Assembly: GCF_006345805.1 (NCBI RefSeq)
Contig: NC_043005.1
Coordinates: 44,020,001 to 44,084,000 of the forward strand
Direction: 5' to 3'
DNA from: Octopus sinensis
Taxonomy: Eukaryota
DNA: 64,000 nucleotides
The translations under genes were made by a program, and so were the position numbers. The notes under the pieces are model-generated. The model was not told where the DNA came from. It searched no databases and saw only the letters and a program-made list of their open reading frames with translations. Positions 1 to 11,461 of this stretch are shown one piece after another; within the stretch, counting starts at the first letter, position 1, and every line of letters begins with the position of its first letter.

Positions 1-65
1 AAGTATAGGTTATTCTAATAGAACATCCACTTTTAAGTGGAGATAAATATTACCTTTCTTCCCAT

Positions 66-290
66 TGTCATCATCATTTTTGTGTCAATTCATAAATGCT
101 TGCATCAGTTGGGCAGACCCTCTTCAGCACAGATCCTCTTCACCACAAATCACAGTCCTTTCTAATCCTCTTCAGAAGATTCAGCCTCTTGAGGTCAGTC
201 TTCACCATTTCATCCCTCGTCTTCCTCATCCTTCTTCTTTCACTGGTTCCATCAGCTTGAAGAACTCAGCAATTCTTTATACAAAATGGT
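66..290 (-). mobile_element. RTE-type LINE 3' end relic
   Basis: Minus strand reads RRRMRKTRDEMVKTDLKRLNL...CDLW, resembling the RTE C-terminal GRPRKTW..V..DL..L...DR..W motif also seen at 12534-12782. Confidence 0.55.
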
Positions 291-369
291 ATCCTCTATA
301 TATATATATATATCCCTTACCTATACCAGTACAGCATACTACATCTGATTCATCTTTAGCTTTCATTTT

Positions 370-894
370 CTTATCTTTTACTTGTTTCAGTCATTAGAGT
401 GTGGCCATACTAGAGCACTACCCTGAAGAAGTTTTAGTTGAATGAATCAACTCCAGTATTTATATATTTTGTTTTAAAGTCTGGTACTTATTCTATTGGT
501 CGCTTTTGCTAAACTGCTAAGTTACAGGGATGTAAACAAAACCAAAACCAATTGTCAAGCAATTTGTTCCTTCTCGAGCCACACCCCTGGCTCATAAGGG
601 CCAGTTTCCTGGTTTCCTTGGCATAAAGGTTCCCCACCTGAATGGGACGCCAGTCTGTTGTAGGTGAGCTGCAAGATGCAGGAGGAAAGAGTGAGAGAAA
701 GTTGTAGTTCACCATTACCTTCTGCTGGAGCCATGTGTCGCTTAGGTGTTTTGCTCATAAACACACACATCGCCTGATCTGAGATTCGATCCTGCGATCC
801 CTCGACCGCAAGTCCGCTGCTCTAACCACTAGGCCATGTGCCTCCACAGTTGTCAAGCAGTGAGGCGGGACAAACACAGACACACACACACACA

Positions 895-933
<39 letters not shown>

Positions 934-1095
934 ATGCAACATGCTTTTTTCAGTCTCCATCTACGAAATCCACTCACAAAGCTTTGGTTGGCCCAAGGAT
1001 ATAGTAGAAGACACTTACCCAAGGTGCCATACAGTTGGACTGAACCTGGAATCATACAGTTGAAATGCAAACTTCTTACCACACAACCACCACCC
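370..1095 (-). mobile_element. tRNA-derived SINE (family B) interrupted by a family A SINE at 562-849
   Basis: Family B body (cccaaggtgcc...gtagaagacactt; cagtcattaga..ggccat) is split by a family A copy. Direct repeat TTGTCAAGCA at 552-561 and 850-859 is a probable target site duplication (TSD). Confidence 0.75.
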
Positions 1096-1285
1096 AGATA
1101 TTTTCTCTCAACTAATTTCTGCTCTGCCGTTCTTATATACTAATTTTCTATATCCAGCAGAGTATGCCTCAAATCATTTCTTTTTAGCTGTTACAAATCC
1201 TCCACATTCAGGAATCACATTTCACATGCTGCACCACACTTTACAAACAAGCATTGTATATTCTGCTCTTTACTCCAAGACAATG

Positions 1286-1610
1286 AAGGCACGTGGTTTA
1301 TTGGTTAGCATATTCAGCTCATAATCACAAGGTCATAAGTTCAATTCTTGGCAACACGTTGTGTCCTTAAGCAAGACACTTTATTTCACATTGCTCCAGT
1401 CCACTCACCTGGCGAAAATGAGTGATACATGTAATTAAAAAGTGCCACCCTTGTTACATTTTGTTTCAAGCTGAATCTCCTTAAGGGTGCATGTGTCAGT
1501 GGAGTGCCCAGCCATTTACACATTAGTTTCACGAGCAAACTATTCCATTGATCAGATGAACTGGAACCTTCATCATCATAACCAAAGGAGTTCCACTCCA
1601 AGACAGAAAT
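1286..1610 (+). mobile_element. tRNA-derived SINE, family A
   Basis: Head gaaggcacgtggtttattggttagc...aagttcaattc (A/B-box-like), then gctccagtccactca..aaatgagt core. Similar copies at 37825, 56692 and elsewhere. Confidence 0.75.
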
Positions 1611-1799
1611 TCTTTGTTAATAACTTAGGGAAATAGCTTCCAGAACTTTTCCAGTTTGTTCAGAGTCTGGTATCTATGACATACTAAGGAATTAAGTCAC
1701 ATACATAAAAATCTTTCCTCTACTCCTAAAGAATCCTTCTAAGTATCTTAAAGAATTTACCTCATTTCTTAATCTTTTTTTTTTATCGTTGATCTTTTA

Positions 1800-2178
1800 C
1801 TTGCTTCAGTCATTAGACTGCTTAGGTGCTGCCTTGAAGAATTTTTAGTCAAATGAATCGACCACAGTACTTAGTTTTTTTTAAACTTGGTCCTTATTTT
1901 ATTGGTCTCTTTTGCTGAGCCATTAAGTTACAGGGACATAAACATGCCAACACCAGTTGTCAAGCGGTTGTGGTGGTGGTAGTGGTGGTAGGGGACAAAC
2001 ACACACACACACACACATGATGAGCTTCTTTTGGTTTCCGTGTCTACCAATCCACTCTCATGGCTTCGGTTGACCCAAAGCTATAGTAGAAGACACTTGC
2101 CCAAGGTACCATGCAGTGAAACTGAACCTGGAACCATGTGGTTCAGAGGCAAGCTTCTTACCACACAGCCCTGCCAGC
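1800..2178 (-). mobile_element. SINE family B
   Basis: Reverse complement of the 35504-35905 consensus, with internal (CA)n. Confidence 0.75.
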
Positions 2179-2754
2179 TAACTATACTTGTTCATCTGTT
2201 GCATATGAAGCCCACATTCCCTGTTCACCTAGATCTGATCTTACTATACATTTTGTACACCTATAGCTTACAGCAAGTACACCACATCAAATTTCCACCT
2301 ACTTCTTTTCTGTGTAACAAGTAGGGTACCCTCCTTGATGGTTGTAGGCAATATCTTTTTTCATTTTTATTAATAGTTTCCACTTAAAAGATATAGATAC
2401 TGCAACAGGCCGGCGTCCCATCCAGATGGGAAATATATACACCATGGAAACCAGAAAACTGGCCCTTATGAGTTGGTATGATTTGAAAAGGAAACTTTAA
2501 TTTACTTATTTACAAGATATTGATCATCCCAAGTCTATGTTCACAACCCATCAAATTGGTTGTACCTATAATCCAAAGTTGCATCTCCAAGTTTCCCCAA
2601 GTACCAAGCAGTGGAATTGAAACCGAAAACATGTTGCTGTGAACTAGACTTCTTAATCACAAAGCCAAATCTGCATCCATATGTCTGCATTTGAAAGATA
2701 GGTATTTATTTGTGATTTTTTTTCTCCATAATCTAAAAGGTAAAAAGAACCCCT

Positions 2755-3080
2755 TCAGTCATAAATGACCATAGTATTGCACCTAGAAAGTTACTCTCCG
2801 AGGTACAAGTCTGAGCAAGGTTGTTTATGGAAGACCAGCAGTCACCCATGCATACCAGCCTCCCATCTCCATTGCCACTGGTGTTATCCAAGGGATGGAC
2901 AAAAACCTGTACAGCTTGGCACCAGTGATGTCACAACTCATTTCTACAGCTGAATGAACTGGAGCAAAATGAAATAAAGTGTCTTGCTCAAGAACACAAC
3001 ATGTAGCCCGGTCCGGGATTCAAACTCATTACTTCATGATTATTAACCTGATGTTCTAACTGCTGAGCCATACACCTCCC
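2755..3080 (-). mobile_element. SINE family A variant
   Basis: ctggagcaa..gaaataaagtgtcttgctcaagaacacaac..gggattcaaactc motif shared with 27850-28128, 50265-50540 and 52905-53265. Confidence 0.7.
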
Positions 3081-3269
3081 TTAATCTATTTGTAGCCTTA
3101 TCGGTAATTTTAATTCTAACTCTAAATGTAACCCTAATGGTGCTGTGAAGAAACAAATAGGGGTTTGTAGGGCTCCAATAGGAGGAATTTTCCCTCAGTG
3201 GTTTGCAGTGGCTTTGAACCTGGATACAGGTAGCAGCAAAGCAAACTGTTTCATCCATAAATATGTGTT

Positions 3270-3373
3270 TATAGATGAAAGGTAGGAGGAGGGAGTGGAA
3301 GAGAGTATAGGGAGAAAGAGAAGGAGAAAGAGAGGAAGAGGAAAGGGGGAGAGAGAGATATATACGAGGGAGA

Positions 3374-3412
<39 letters not shown>

Positions 3413-5293
3413 AGGAAGGAAGAGAGCAAAGAGAGAGAGAGAGAGATGAGTAGGAGAGAGCCAGGAAAAAAGGGACGGAAGAGAGCAGAGAGAGAGAGAG
3501 AAAGCAGGGAGGGAATGAGAGGGGAAGGAGAGACAGAAGAGAAAGAGAGAGTGTGAGTGAGAGAGAGTGAAAGCAAGGATGGAAGAGGAGAGGAGAGCGA
3601 TGTGTAGGAGAGAATTATTCTGAAGAAGCTTATGAAGGAAAAATATACTTTGAAAATTTAAAAAAAGAAATATGAAATTAACAGAAATCAAGATATAATT
3701 GATTTTCTCTGTCTTTAAAATTTTACATATGTAATGACTATGGGTGTGTATATAATATTAGTGTATACATATGAATGCTTTCAGTACGATCTTCAAAGTT
3801 GCAGCTGCCTGTTCGTGAAGCATCTGTCTCATCAAACATGTTAAAAGTTACCAAGGAAATAAGATTTACAAGAAACAGATTGTTTAGTGTGTCTTTGGGT
3901 GTGTCTATGGGTGTGTGTGTGTGTGTGTGTGCGTGTGTGTGTATGTGTGTGAGAGGGGGAGTTGGGGAAGCGAGAGTAAGAGAGAGAGAGAGAGAGAGAG
4001 TATGTGTGTGTGTTAGTGTGTGTGTTAGTGTGTGTGAATGTGTGTATGTGTCTGTGGGTGTGCTTGCACATGTGAATGCGTGTGTGTGTGTGTATGTTTG
4101 TGAGGGGGAGTGGGGGAAGAGAGAGTAAGAGAGAGAGAGAGAGAGAGAAAGAGTGTGTGTGTGTGTTAGTGTGTATGTGTGTGAACATGTGTATGTGTGT
4201 GAACGTGTGTATGTGTCTGTGGGTGTGCTTGCACATGTGAATGCGTATATGTGTGTGTGATAGTGTGTATGTATGAATGTGTGTATGTGTGAATGTGTGT
4301 ATGTGTCTGTGGGTGTGCTTGCATGTGTGAATGCATGTGTGGTGTGTGTGTGTATGTGTGAGGGGGAGTGGGGGAAGCAAGAGTAAGAGAGAGAGAGTGT
4401 GTGTGTGTGTGTGTGTGTATGAATGTGTGCATGTGTCTGTAGGTGCGTATATACATGTAAACGTGTATATGTGTGTGCATGAGTCTGTGTGTGTGTGTGA
4501 GAGGAGAGTAGGAGGAAAGAGAGAGAAAGAGAGAGGGAGTGTGTGTGTGTGTGTGCTTGAATGTATATGTGTGTCTGTGGGTGTGTATGCACGTGTGAAT
4601 GCGTGTGTGTGTGAGTTGTGTGTAAGGGGTGGGTGGGTGGTGGAAAAGAGAGTAAGAGAGAGAAAGAGAGTGTGTGTTTTAGTGCGTATGTGTGAATGTA
4701 TGTATGTGCTGTAATTGTGTATATGCATATGAACATGTATGTGTGTGTGCATGCGTCCGTGTGTGTGAGAGGGAGAGGGAAAAAATGTGTGCATTAGTTT
4801 GTGTATGTATGTGTGTGTGTTTGTGTTCATGTGTATATGTGTGTATGAGAGTATGCAGGAGGAGAGAGAGAGAGAGAGAGAGTGTGTATGTGTGTGTGTG
4901 ATTGTGGATGTGTGCAGGTGCATGTGTTTGAGCATGTGCATGTATTCACGTGTGTGTTCGTATGTGTTTAAATGTGTTCATATGGGTTTGCATGTGTGTG
5001 TGTGTGTGTGTGTGTGAGAAGAGGGAGAGAGACAGTGTGTTTGTGTGTGTGTGTGTGTGTGGAAAAAGAGACAGTGTGTTTGTGTGAGTGTGCATGTGTG
5101 AGGGATGAATGCATGTGTATATGTGCATGTGTCTGTGTATGCGTGTGTATATTTGAAGGGTGAATATGTGTTTGTGTGTGTGGCTGTGTGTGGGTGTGTG
5201 CATGTTTGAAAGAAGAATGTGTGTGTGTTTCCGTGTGTGTCTGTGTGTATGTACATGTGTGAGGGAAGAATGCATAGGTATATGTGTACGTGT

Positions 5294-5360
<67 letters not shown>
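3270..5360. repeat. Compound GA-rich and (TG)n/(GA)n microsatellite block with repeated longer modules
   Basis: Direct reading. The module gtgtctgtgggtgtgcttgcacatgtgaatgc / gagggggagtgggggaag..gagtaagagag recurs about 4-5 times in 3950-4660. Confidence 0.95.
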
Positions 5361-5361
<1 letters not shown>

Positions 5362-5804
5362 ATAAACGAAAAGGCATGGATTGAGTGAGAAGAGAGAACA
5401 TTTCAGCAAACAAAATACAATTATCCAGCTAATAGTTTTCAATATTTTGTCATATGGAAGTTATTATACAAGTAATATTACCATTATTTGTTTGCCTCTG
5501 AATTTTCTTACCATTTCTATATAATGTAGAAGGGGAAAAAAAAAAATGTTATTTCTTTTTTTTTTTGCTACCTACTTTAATTCTGCAATTATATGACACA
5601 ATAGCATTCTCTTGCAGTTTTGGAAAGCACTGTACCAAACTCTGTCTCATTGTATTCAAAATTTCTACTCAAGCTCTCATTTCATTCCCCTGGACTTAGA
5701 CATGGCAGTCAATGAACTGTCTTTGATGAAATTTCTTTGACCATACTTAAATTCTTTGCACTAAAAATGCAATGATAATGTTTAACAGTAAAGATATATA
5801 TATA

Positions 5805-6230
5805 TATGCATTTATCATGTATGTATGTATGTATGTATGTATGTATGTATGTATGTATGTATGTATGTATGTATGCATGTATGCATGTATGTATGTATGT
5901 ATGTATGTGTATATGTATGTGTGTATATATGTATGTCTGTCTATATATATATATTTAGGTATGTGTACGTATGTCTGTATGTATGTGTGAGTGTATGCAT
6001 GTATGTGTGTGTGTATGTATGCATGTATGTATGTATGCATATGTCCATGTGTGTATGTATATATATGTGTATGTATGTATATATATATGTGTGTGTATAT
6101 ATGTCTGTCTGTCTGTCTGTCTGTATGTATGTATGTATGTATGTATGCATGTATGTATGCATGAATGTATGCATGTATATGTTCATATGTATTTATGTGT
6201 ATGTATGCATATGTATGTAAGTGTGCATGT
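5805..6230. repeat. (TATG)n microsatellite
   Basis: Direct reading. Confidence 0.95.
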
Positions 6231-6991
6231 GTGTACTGTAGGGGTGGGGGATTGTGAGGGATGCACTTTTGTATGTGTGTAAGAATGTAGAAAGAGACTG
6301 AGAAAAAGTTTGGGTACTCATCGTACTTTTATAAATGACAATTTCATATTCTAAAGAAAAACTGACTATTGTCAGACTTAAGCAATAAATTTCTTGCATT
6401 AAATATCCCTGGGAAATTTTCCTGTGCCATTAATTTAAATTGTGTCACCAAAGAATTTTTTTCACTCGGAATTATTACCCCACCTCCACCACCACAACCA
6501 CCACCACTGCCACGACCATCACCATCACTGCTTCCACCACTACCATCACTTCCACCACCACCACCACTATCACCTCCACCACCATCACTCAGTCATCCTA
6601 AATACTGGCACTTACATGTAAGACAATGCTTTTACTAAAGAGGTATAATGAGACTGAAACATGTCCCAAGTTGTCACATTACTTATCAAAAATCAGATTA
6701 ATTTTCTATTGCTCTGAGTGACTTGATGCGGGACATCACAGAATTCATCAGTAAAATAGCTATGCAGAAATGGGCTCTTACCATTAATGTCTCTCATAGA
6801 AAGATATTTACTCCATTTTGATTTGATACATAGACAAACTCTTGAAAATGAAATGCAAGTAATATATAAAGCAAGAAGTCAAGATATTTTCTGATAAACA
6901 TTATTAAACACAAATATTATTAACCCTCTTATAGTGGAACGAAGATATTACCCTTAACTGCAGAAGGCAGTTTTTGTTGTGGAATAACACA

Positions 6992-7247
6992 TTTGAAACT
7001 ATTAATAGTTATCGCCAAGCCAATATGGCAGTCCATAAATATAGGACGAATGCTGCCGTTGATTAGCTCCAAGAGGCCATCGCCTCTAGCTAGCTAATCA
7101 CCTCTTGGAGCTAATCAACGGCAGCATTCGTCCTATATTTATGGACTGCCATATTGGCTTGGCGATAACTATTAATATCCAGTACCACTGCCGTAGTTTC
7201 CTTTAGAGAGACTTAGAAATAATAATATTTCTACGTTTGAAACTATT
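6992..7247 (+). mobile_element. Short fold-back element (PLE pLTR-like 3' fragment) with perfect 77-bp inverted arms
   Basis: 7000-7076 is the exact reverse complement of 7101-7177. Segment 7101-7243 resembles 49700-49820 and 49400-49475. TTTGAAACTATT occurs at 6992-7003 and 7236-7247. Confidence 0.75.
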
Positions 7248-8766
7248 TTCTGTTTAAACATGTCGAGTTTACTGAGGCAACAGAACTTAGTGAAATTACT
7301 AAATTCTATTTTTTGGTAGACGTTTACTGGAATAAGCATGAAATTCAAATTTGTAGTTAAAGGTTAAGCATTACAAATTCATAAACAAGAAATGCTGCGA
7401 GCAACAAGTATATGTTGTCAGAGCCAAGACTCATGTGCTAAAAGAAGAGAAAGCGAAAACTGAACTAGGATGGTGAAGGCATGACACAGAAACAAAGCAA
7501 CAATTTGATCTTTGACAAATCTGAAAAGACATTTGCTACTTGATTTCAAGCAGATGTGTCTGTTTTTGTGTCAGCCCTTCACTCAACTCTGAGTAGATTT
7601 CTTGTCCTTTTTCAATCTCAGATTATTTATAAATATATTGGTAGTTTATGTTAACAAACAAAGTTACTCATCTTATAATAATTATATTCCCAAACAAGAC
7701 GATGCTCCACTTTGCCTTGGCTGTGCTGGCTAAAACAAATGAAAGAATTTCTCATTCACATTTAACCTACAAATGTTCACCCTCTTTTCTAACAAGAATT
7801 CTAGTTTTCTGACAACAAATTCAATCTGCTAATTACTCATTGCTTTCAATTATTTCCTTTAACACTACTTTCAGGAGGAACTGGTTCAAGTATCATTTGA
7901 AGCTATAGGGTTTAAAGAATCTTCTATGCATTGATTTAATCTTAATAATTCTCATCACTTTACAAAAAACATTTTTCGAATTCAAAAGCAATAACCAAAT
8001 AAAACAACCTTTCTTTCTGCTTTTCTTTTAACCAATGTCTTAACAGCTACTTTAGATAGCTTTGGGCAGCCATTACTAGGTAGTACTAAACTTAAATAAT
8101 CTGCCGACAAATCAACTTTTATACATCTTTTAAAAACATGTACAATATTTTGTCTTTCTCGAGTGAATACTCTTCATTCTTCAAATTAGTAATTTACAAT
8201 TTTTTCCATTTTTCAACAATATTCCCTCAATCACGCACACATCTGCATCTCCCTCTTCTCTTACAAGGCCTTCACAATATAAAGCACTTAAAGATGTGCT
8301 TGGCATCTTCATTTGCATAAAAACATAAAACCTATACATATCCAGAAAACTGAATCATACCATATTCATAAGTTGCAGTTTGCCATGTGGAATTCTACAG
8401 GGAGGAATTGTTTGATCGTTTTAGTGTCTAGTGATTCTGTCTGAAACTACTCAGCAACCATGCTTCTCACAACCCAAACCCACTTCTACACAGAACACCA
8501 TCACATCTCCTTATCTCTACTTCTGTCTGCAACCACTAACATTACCACTGGAACAACAATACACTTCACAAGCCCAACAAACCAAGCCATCCCACCTTCA
8601 TCACTTGCATTTGTCCCACTCATCTCAAGACCACATTTACTCATACACACTCACACACACACACACATGCACATGCACACGCATTCATGCACTCATACTT
8701 GCATGCACACACACATACACATACATGCGCACACACACAATAGAAGAACACAAATGAAGTTCAAAG

Positions 8767-8853
8767 TTCACAACAGCTGTTTCAGCAGAATTTTATTGAT
8801 GCATTCTTAGATTACATCATGGCAAAACCCAAAACCCACCATCTTCAGGTAAA
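8767..8853 (-). ncRNA. Candidate type I hammerhead ribozyme, core intact
   Basis: Minus strand: UUUAC-CUGAAGA-U-GGUGG...CUGCU-GAAAC-AGCU-GUU^GUGAA. Stem I is 5 bp, stem II is 5 bp with 3 G-U pairs, loop III is palindromic. It lies about 30 nt from a CA-rich tract. Confidence 0.55.
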
Positions 8854-9318
8854 TTTTAAACATAAATAAAGCGGAAATAGAAGGTGACCAGTTCACTATC
8901 AACTATAGAGGAACAGACTATGAGTATATTTATGCATATAGATATGGGGAATTAATGCAGAACTTATAGCTCTTGTACATTGACTAACATTATTGGTGCA
9001 TGAGGTAATGTACCTACATATTTACATAAAAACCTAGAAAAGGCAAAAGAAACTGATGGGGTTTACTCCAAATCCAATCTATTAGTGGCACAGTGGAGAT
9101 TTGCAAGACTTTCTGAAGATTCTCAAACTGAGATTCTTTAGGTGAATAGATACACACACTTGGGTGTATGCATTGGCACTTCTCAACTCAACCACATATT
9201 TACAAATGCTGGGAATGCTCTTAACTCAAAAAAGCCTCAATGCTTTGTTATCAACTGACTTAAACTCTCTCAAGAAGAACCTAAATAAAACTCAAAGGAA
9301 AACATACATACACACACA

Positions 9319-9530
9319 CAAGGGGTACTGAAAAGTTCTTGGCTTTGGGTAAAAGAAAATACAGAAGGATCAGTTAATTATGATTTTATTCAACATATTT
9401 CCCTCTCAGATTCACACACATATTGCAGTGGTCCTTCAGTTTTTCTAAGCCCTGTAAAAGAGCTCAGAAGTTTGGGCCTCCAACTAGGCCTTTCATGATA
9501 CCCTTAAAGTCAGGAACTTTAGCATGTTGT
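9319..9530 (+). mobile_element. Mariner-like terminal fragment
   Basis: Starts aaggggtactgaaaagttc, resembling TACGAGGG-type mariner ends. No transposase ORF. Confidence 0.35.
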
Positions 9531-10149
9531 TCCTATAAGAGTGCAACTTGTTCTTCAGTTACAAAAAATTTGGCTGGCATTTCAAAGGTTAAATGGTAAT
9601 AAGTATCAATTCCATTCACAATAACCATTGATATGATAATGTTACTTGGCAATTGTAGAACTCTGCAGAAATTACGGAGTAATATTTGTCTAGTATTTAA
9701 GAACTGGTTTAACAATCCTTTTATCTTGTACCACAATATCAAAACTGATACATCATCAGAGCTCACAAGAATATCAATAACTTCTTACCAACCCACAGTT
9801 ATTAAAACTAGCTCCATTTCAAGATAAAGTCCGCTTAAATTTCAGATGACCAATATTTCAATAATCAGATTTAAAGATCATGCAATTAGCTTTACATATA
9901 ATGGTTTGTGCTCTAATTCTTCAAGTGAGTTGAATAAAGGTGTAGTGGATACAAATATTAGAAAGTTATAATAAAAGTATAAGCGGACAATTCCTTTCTT
10001 TTCTAGTTTCAACTATCTGTCTTCTTGTTTAATTTCTTTGAAATTCTGAGCTATTCTATAGATGAATTTCATCTTAAGTAATTAACTTTGCATTAAATGT
10101 TTGATACAGAATTAACAATGTGGATCATCACTATGATCCCACATCCATC

Positions 10150-10203
10150 TCCCACTCCACAACATCATCACTATCATCAGCATCATCAGCATCATCATCA
10201 TCA

Positions 10204-10253
<50 letters not shown>

Positions 10254-10275
10254 CCCGCCCCATCGCCATCATCAG
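10150..10275. repeat. (CAT)n microsatellite
   Basis: Direct reading. Confidence 0.95.
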
Positions 10276-10789
10276 TGTAATATCTGCATAGCAGTACATT
10301 TTCATGAGACGTGTATCGTGTATCTGTAATCATCTGTGAAGTTTAATTTCCTTAGTCTAGAATATAATGAATTCATTTCTTTTGACCAGCTTCTATCCTG
10401 ATACAACTGCAGGAAGCATCACAATCATATGCACATACACACATACATACACACAGACATACATACATACATACATACATACATACATACATACATACAT
10501 ACATACATGCATACATATACACCCACACACACACATACGCGCACATACATACACAGATGCAAGCATACATATATGCCCACATTCACACATACAAACATTC
10601 ATATATGTTGTTTTGATTATTTTAACCATAATAACCCAGGCCATACTGGAATACCATTGACATACATGGAATCATAAAATTATCTATTAACAAACTTACT
10701 GACAGATCATTCCAGTACATTTCATATATATATATATGTATGTATGCATGTGTGTGTATGTATATGTATGTATGTATGTATGTATGTAA

Positions 10790-10829
<40 letters not shown>

Positions 10830-11170
10830 GTATGCATATAAGTATATATATAAAAATTCATATATATATCAAAAGGATATGTTATAATACTATTCCACAG
10901 CCATACCAACAATCCAACATACCTCCATCATCAGCTGCCATATGGATATCATTATGGTTTCGACACCTGGGCAGTACCATTCAACCTAGCAGTGTCAACA
11001 GCACTAAAATAAGTGTTGTTTGGGAACAAATAAACAAACCAAAGAAACCACAACTTTCAAACACATTTACTCACTCTACAACCGTATATATACGCACTAA
11101 CATCAGTAAGTACATAAATGCAAAACAAGGTGGAAAAAATAGTATTTGAATACTGAAGGCATTGATCACA

Positions 11171-11210
11171 ACTGTCTAACGAACGGGAACATGAAACTCT
11201 GAGTAACAGT
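11171..11210 (+). ncRNA. Degenerate minimal type I hammerhead
   Basis: ACUGU-CUAACGA-ACG-GGAA-CAU-GAAAC-UCUGA-GUA^ACAGU. Stem I is a perfect 5 bp, the core has G5A, and stem II has one mismatch. Confidence 0.65.
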
Positions 11211-11265
11211 CTTTTTGTATGATTTTGTAACTTTAAAAAAAAAAAGTATCTATATATATATATAT

Positions 11266-11449
11266 ACCGGAGTAAACACATAAATGTGAAACAAGGTGGA
11301 AAAAAGAGTACTCAAATACCAGTGGTAGAGTAATATGCTTTATTTAAAGCAGCAGAAAATTCAACAAAACCTGTTACTCTGAGTTTCCTGCTGCAACGGG
11401 GAACTCAGAGTAACAGGTTTTGTTGAATTTTCTGCTGCTTTAAATAAAG
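11266..11449 (-). mobile_element. (TA)n-flanked fold-back element carrying an HHR 3' half
   Basis: 48-bp perfect arms 11338-11385 / 11402-11449 contain AAC-UCAGA-GUA-ACAG (full GAAAC on the minus strand). Nearly identical to 30444-30637. Confidence 0.8.
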
Positions 11450-11461
11450 TATATATATATA

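Noticed and set aside
3043-6282. Long ORFs up to 366 aa (HT/VC/YI-rich); similar ones at 10.4, 14.4, 18.2, 26.7, 29 and 57 kb
   Set aside because: They are translations of microsatellites, which lack stop codons in some frames.
7170-7202. Minus-strand GAAAC-UAC-GGCA-GUGGUA stem III-like motif
   Set aside because: No upstream core, and other family copies read GAGAC.
8811-8848. 38-bp plus-strand exon (YIMAKPKTHHLQ)
   Set aside because: The donor-like sequence is the reverse complement of an HHR core and stem I. No partner exon was found, so the HHR reading is preferred, though not proven.
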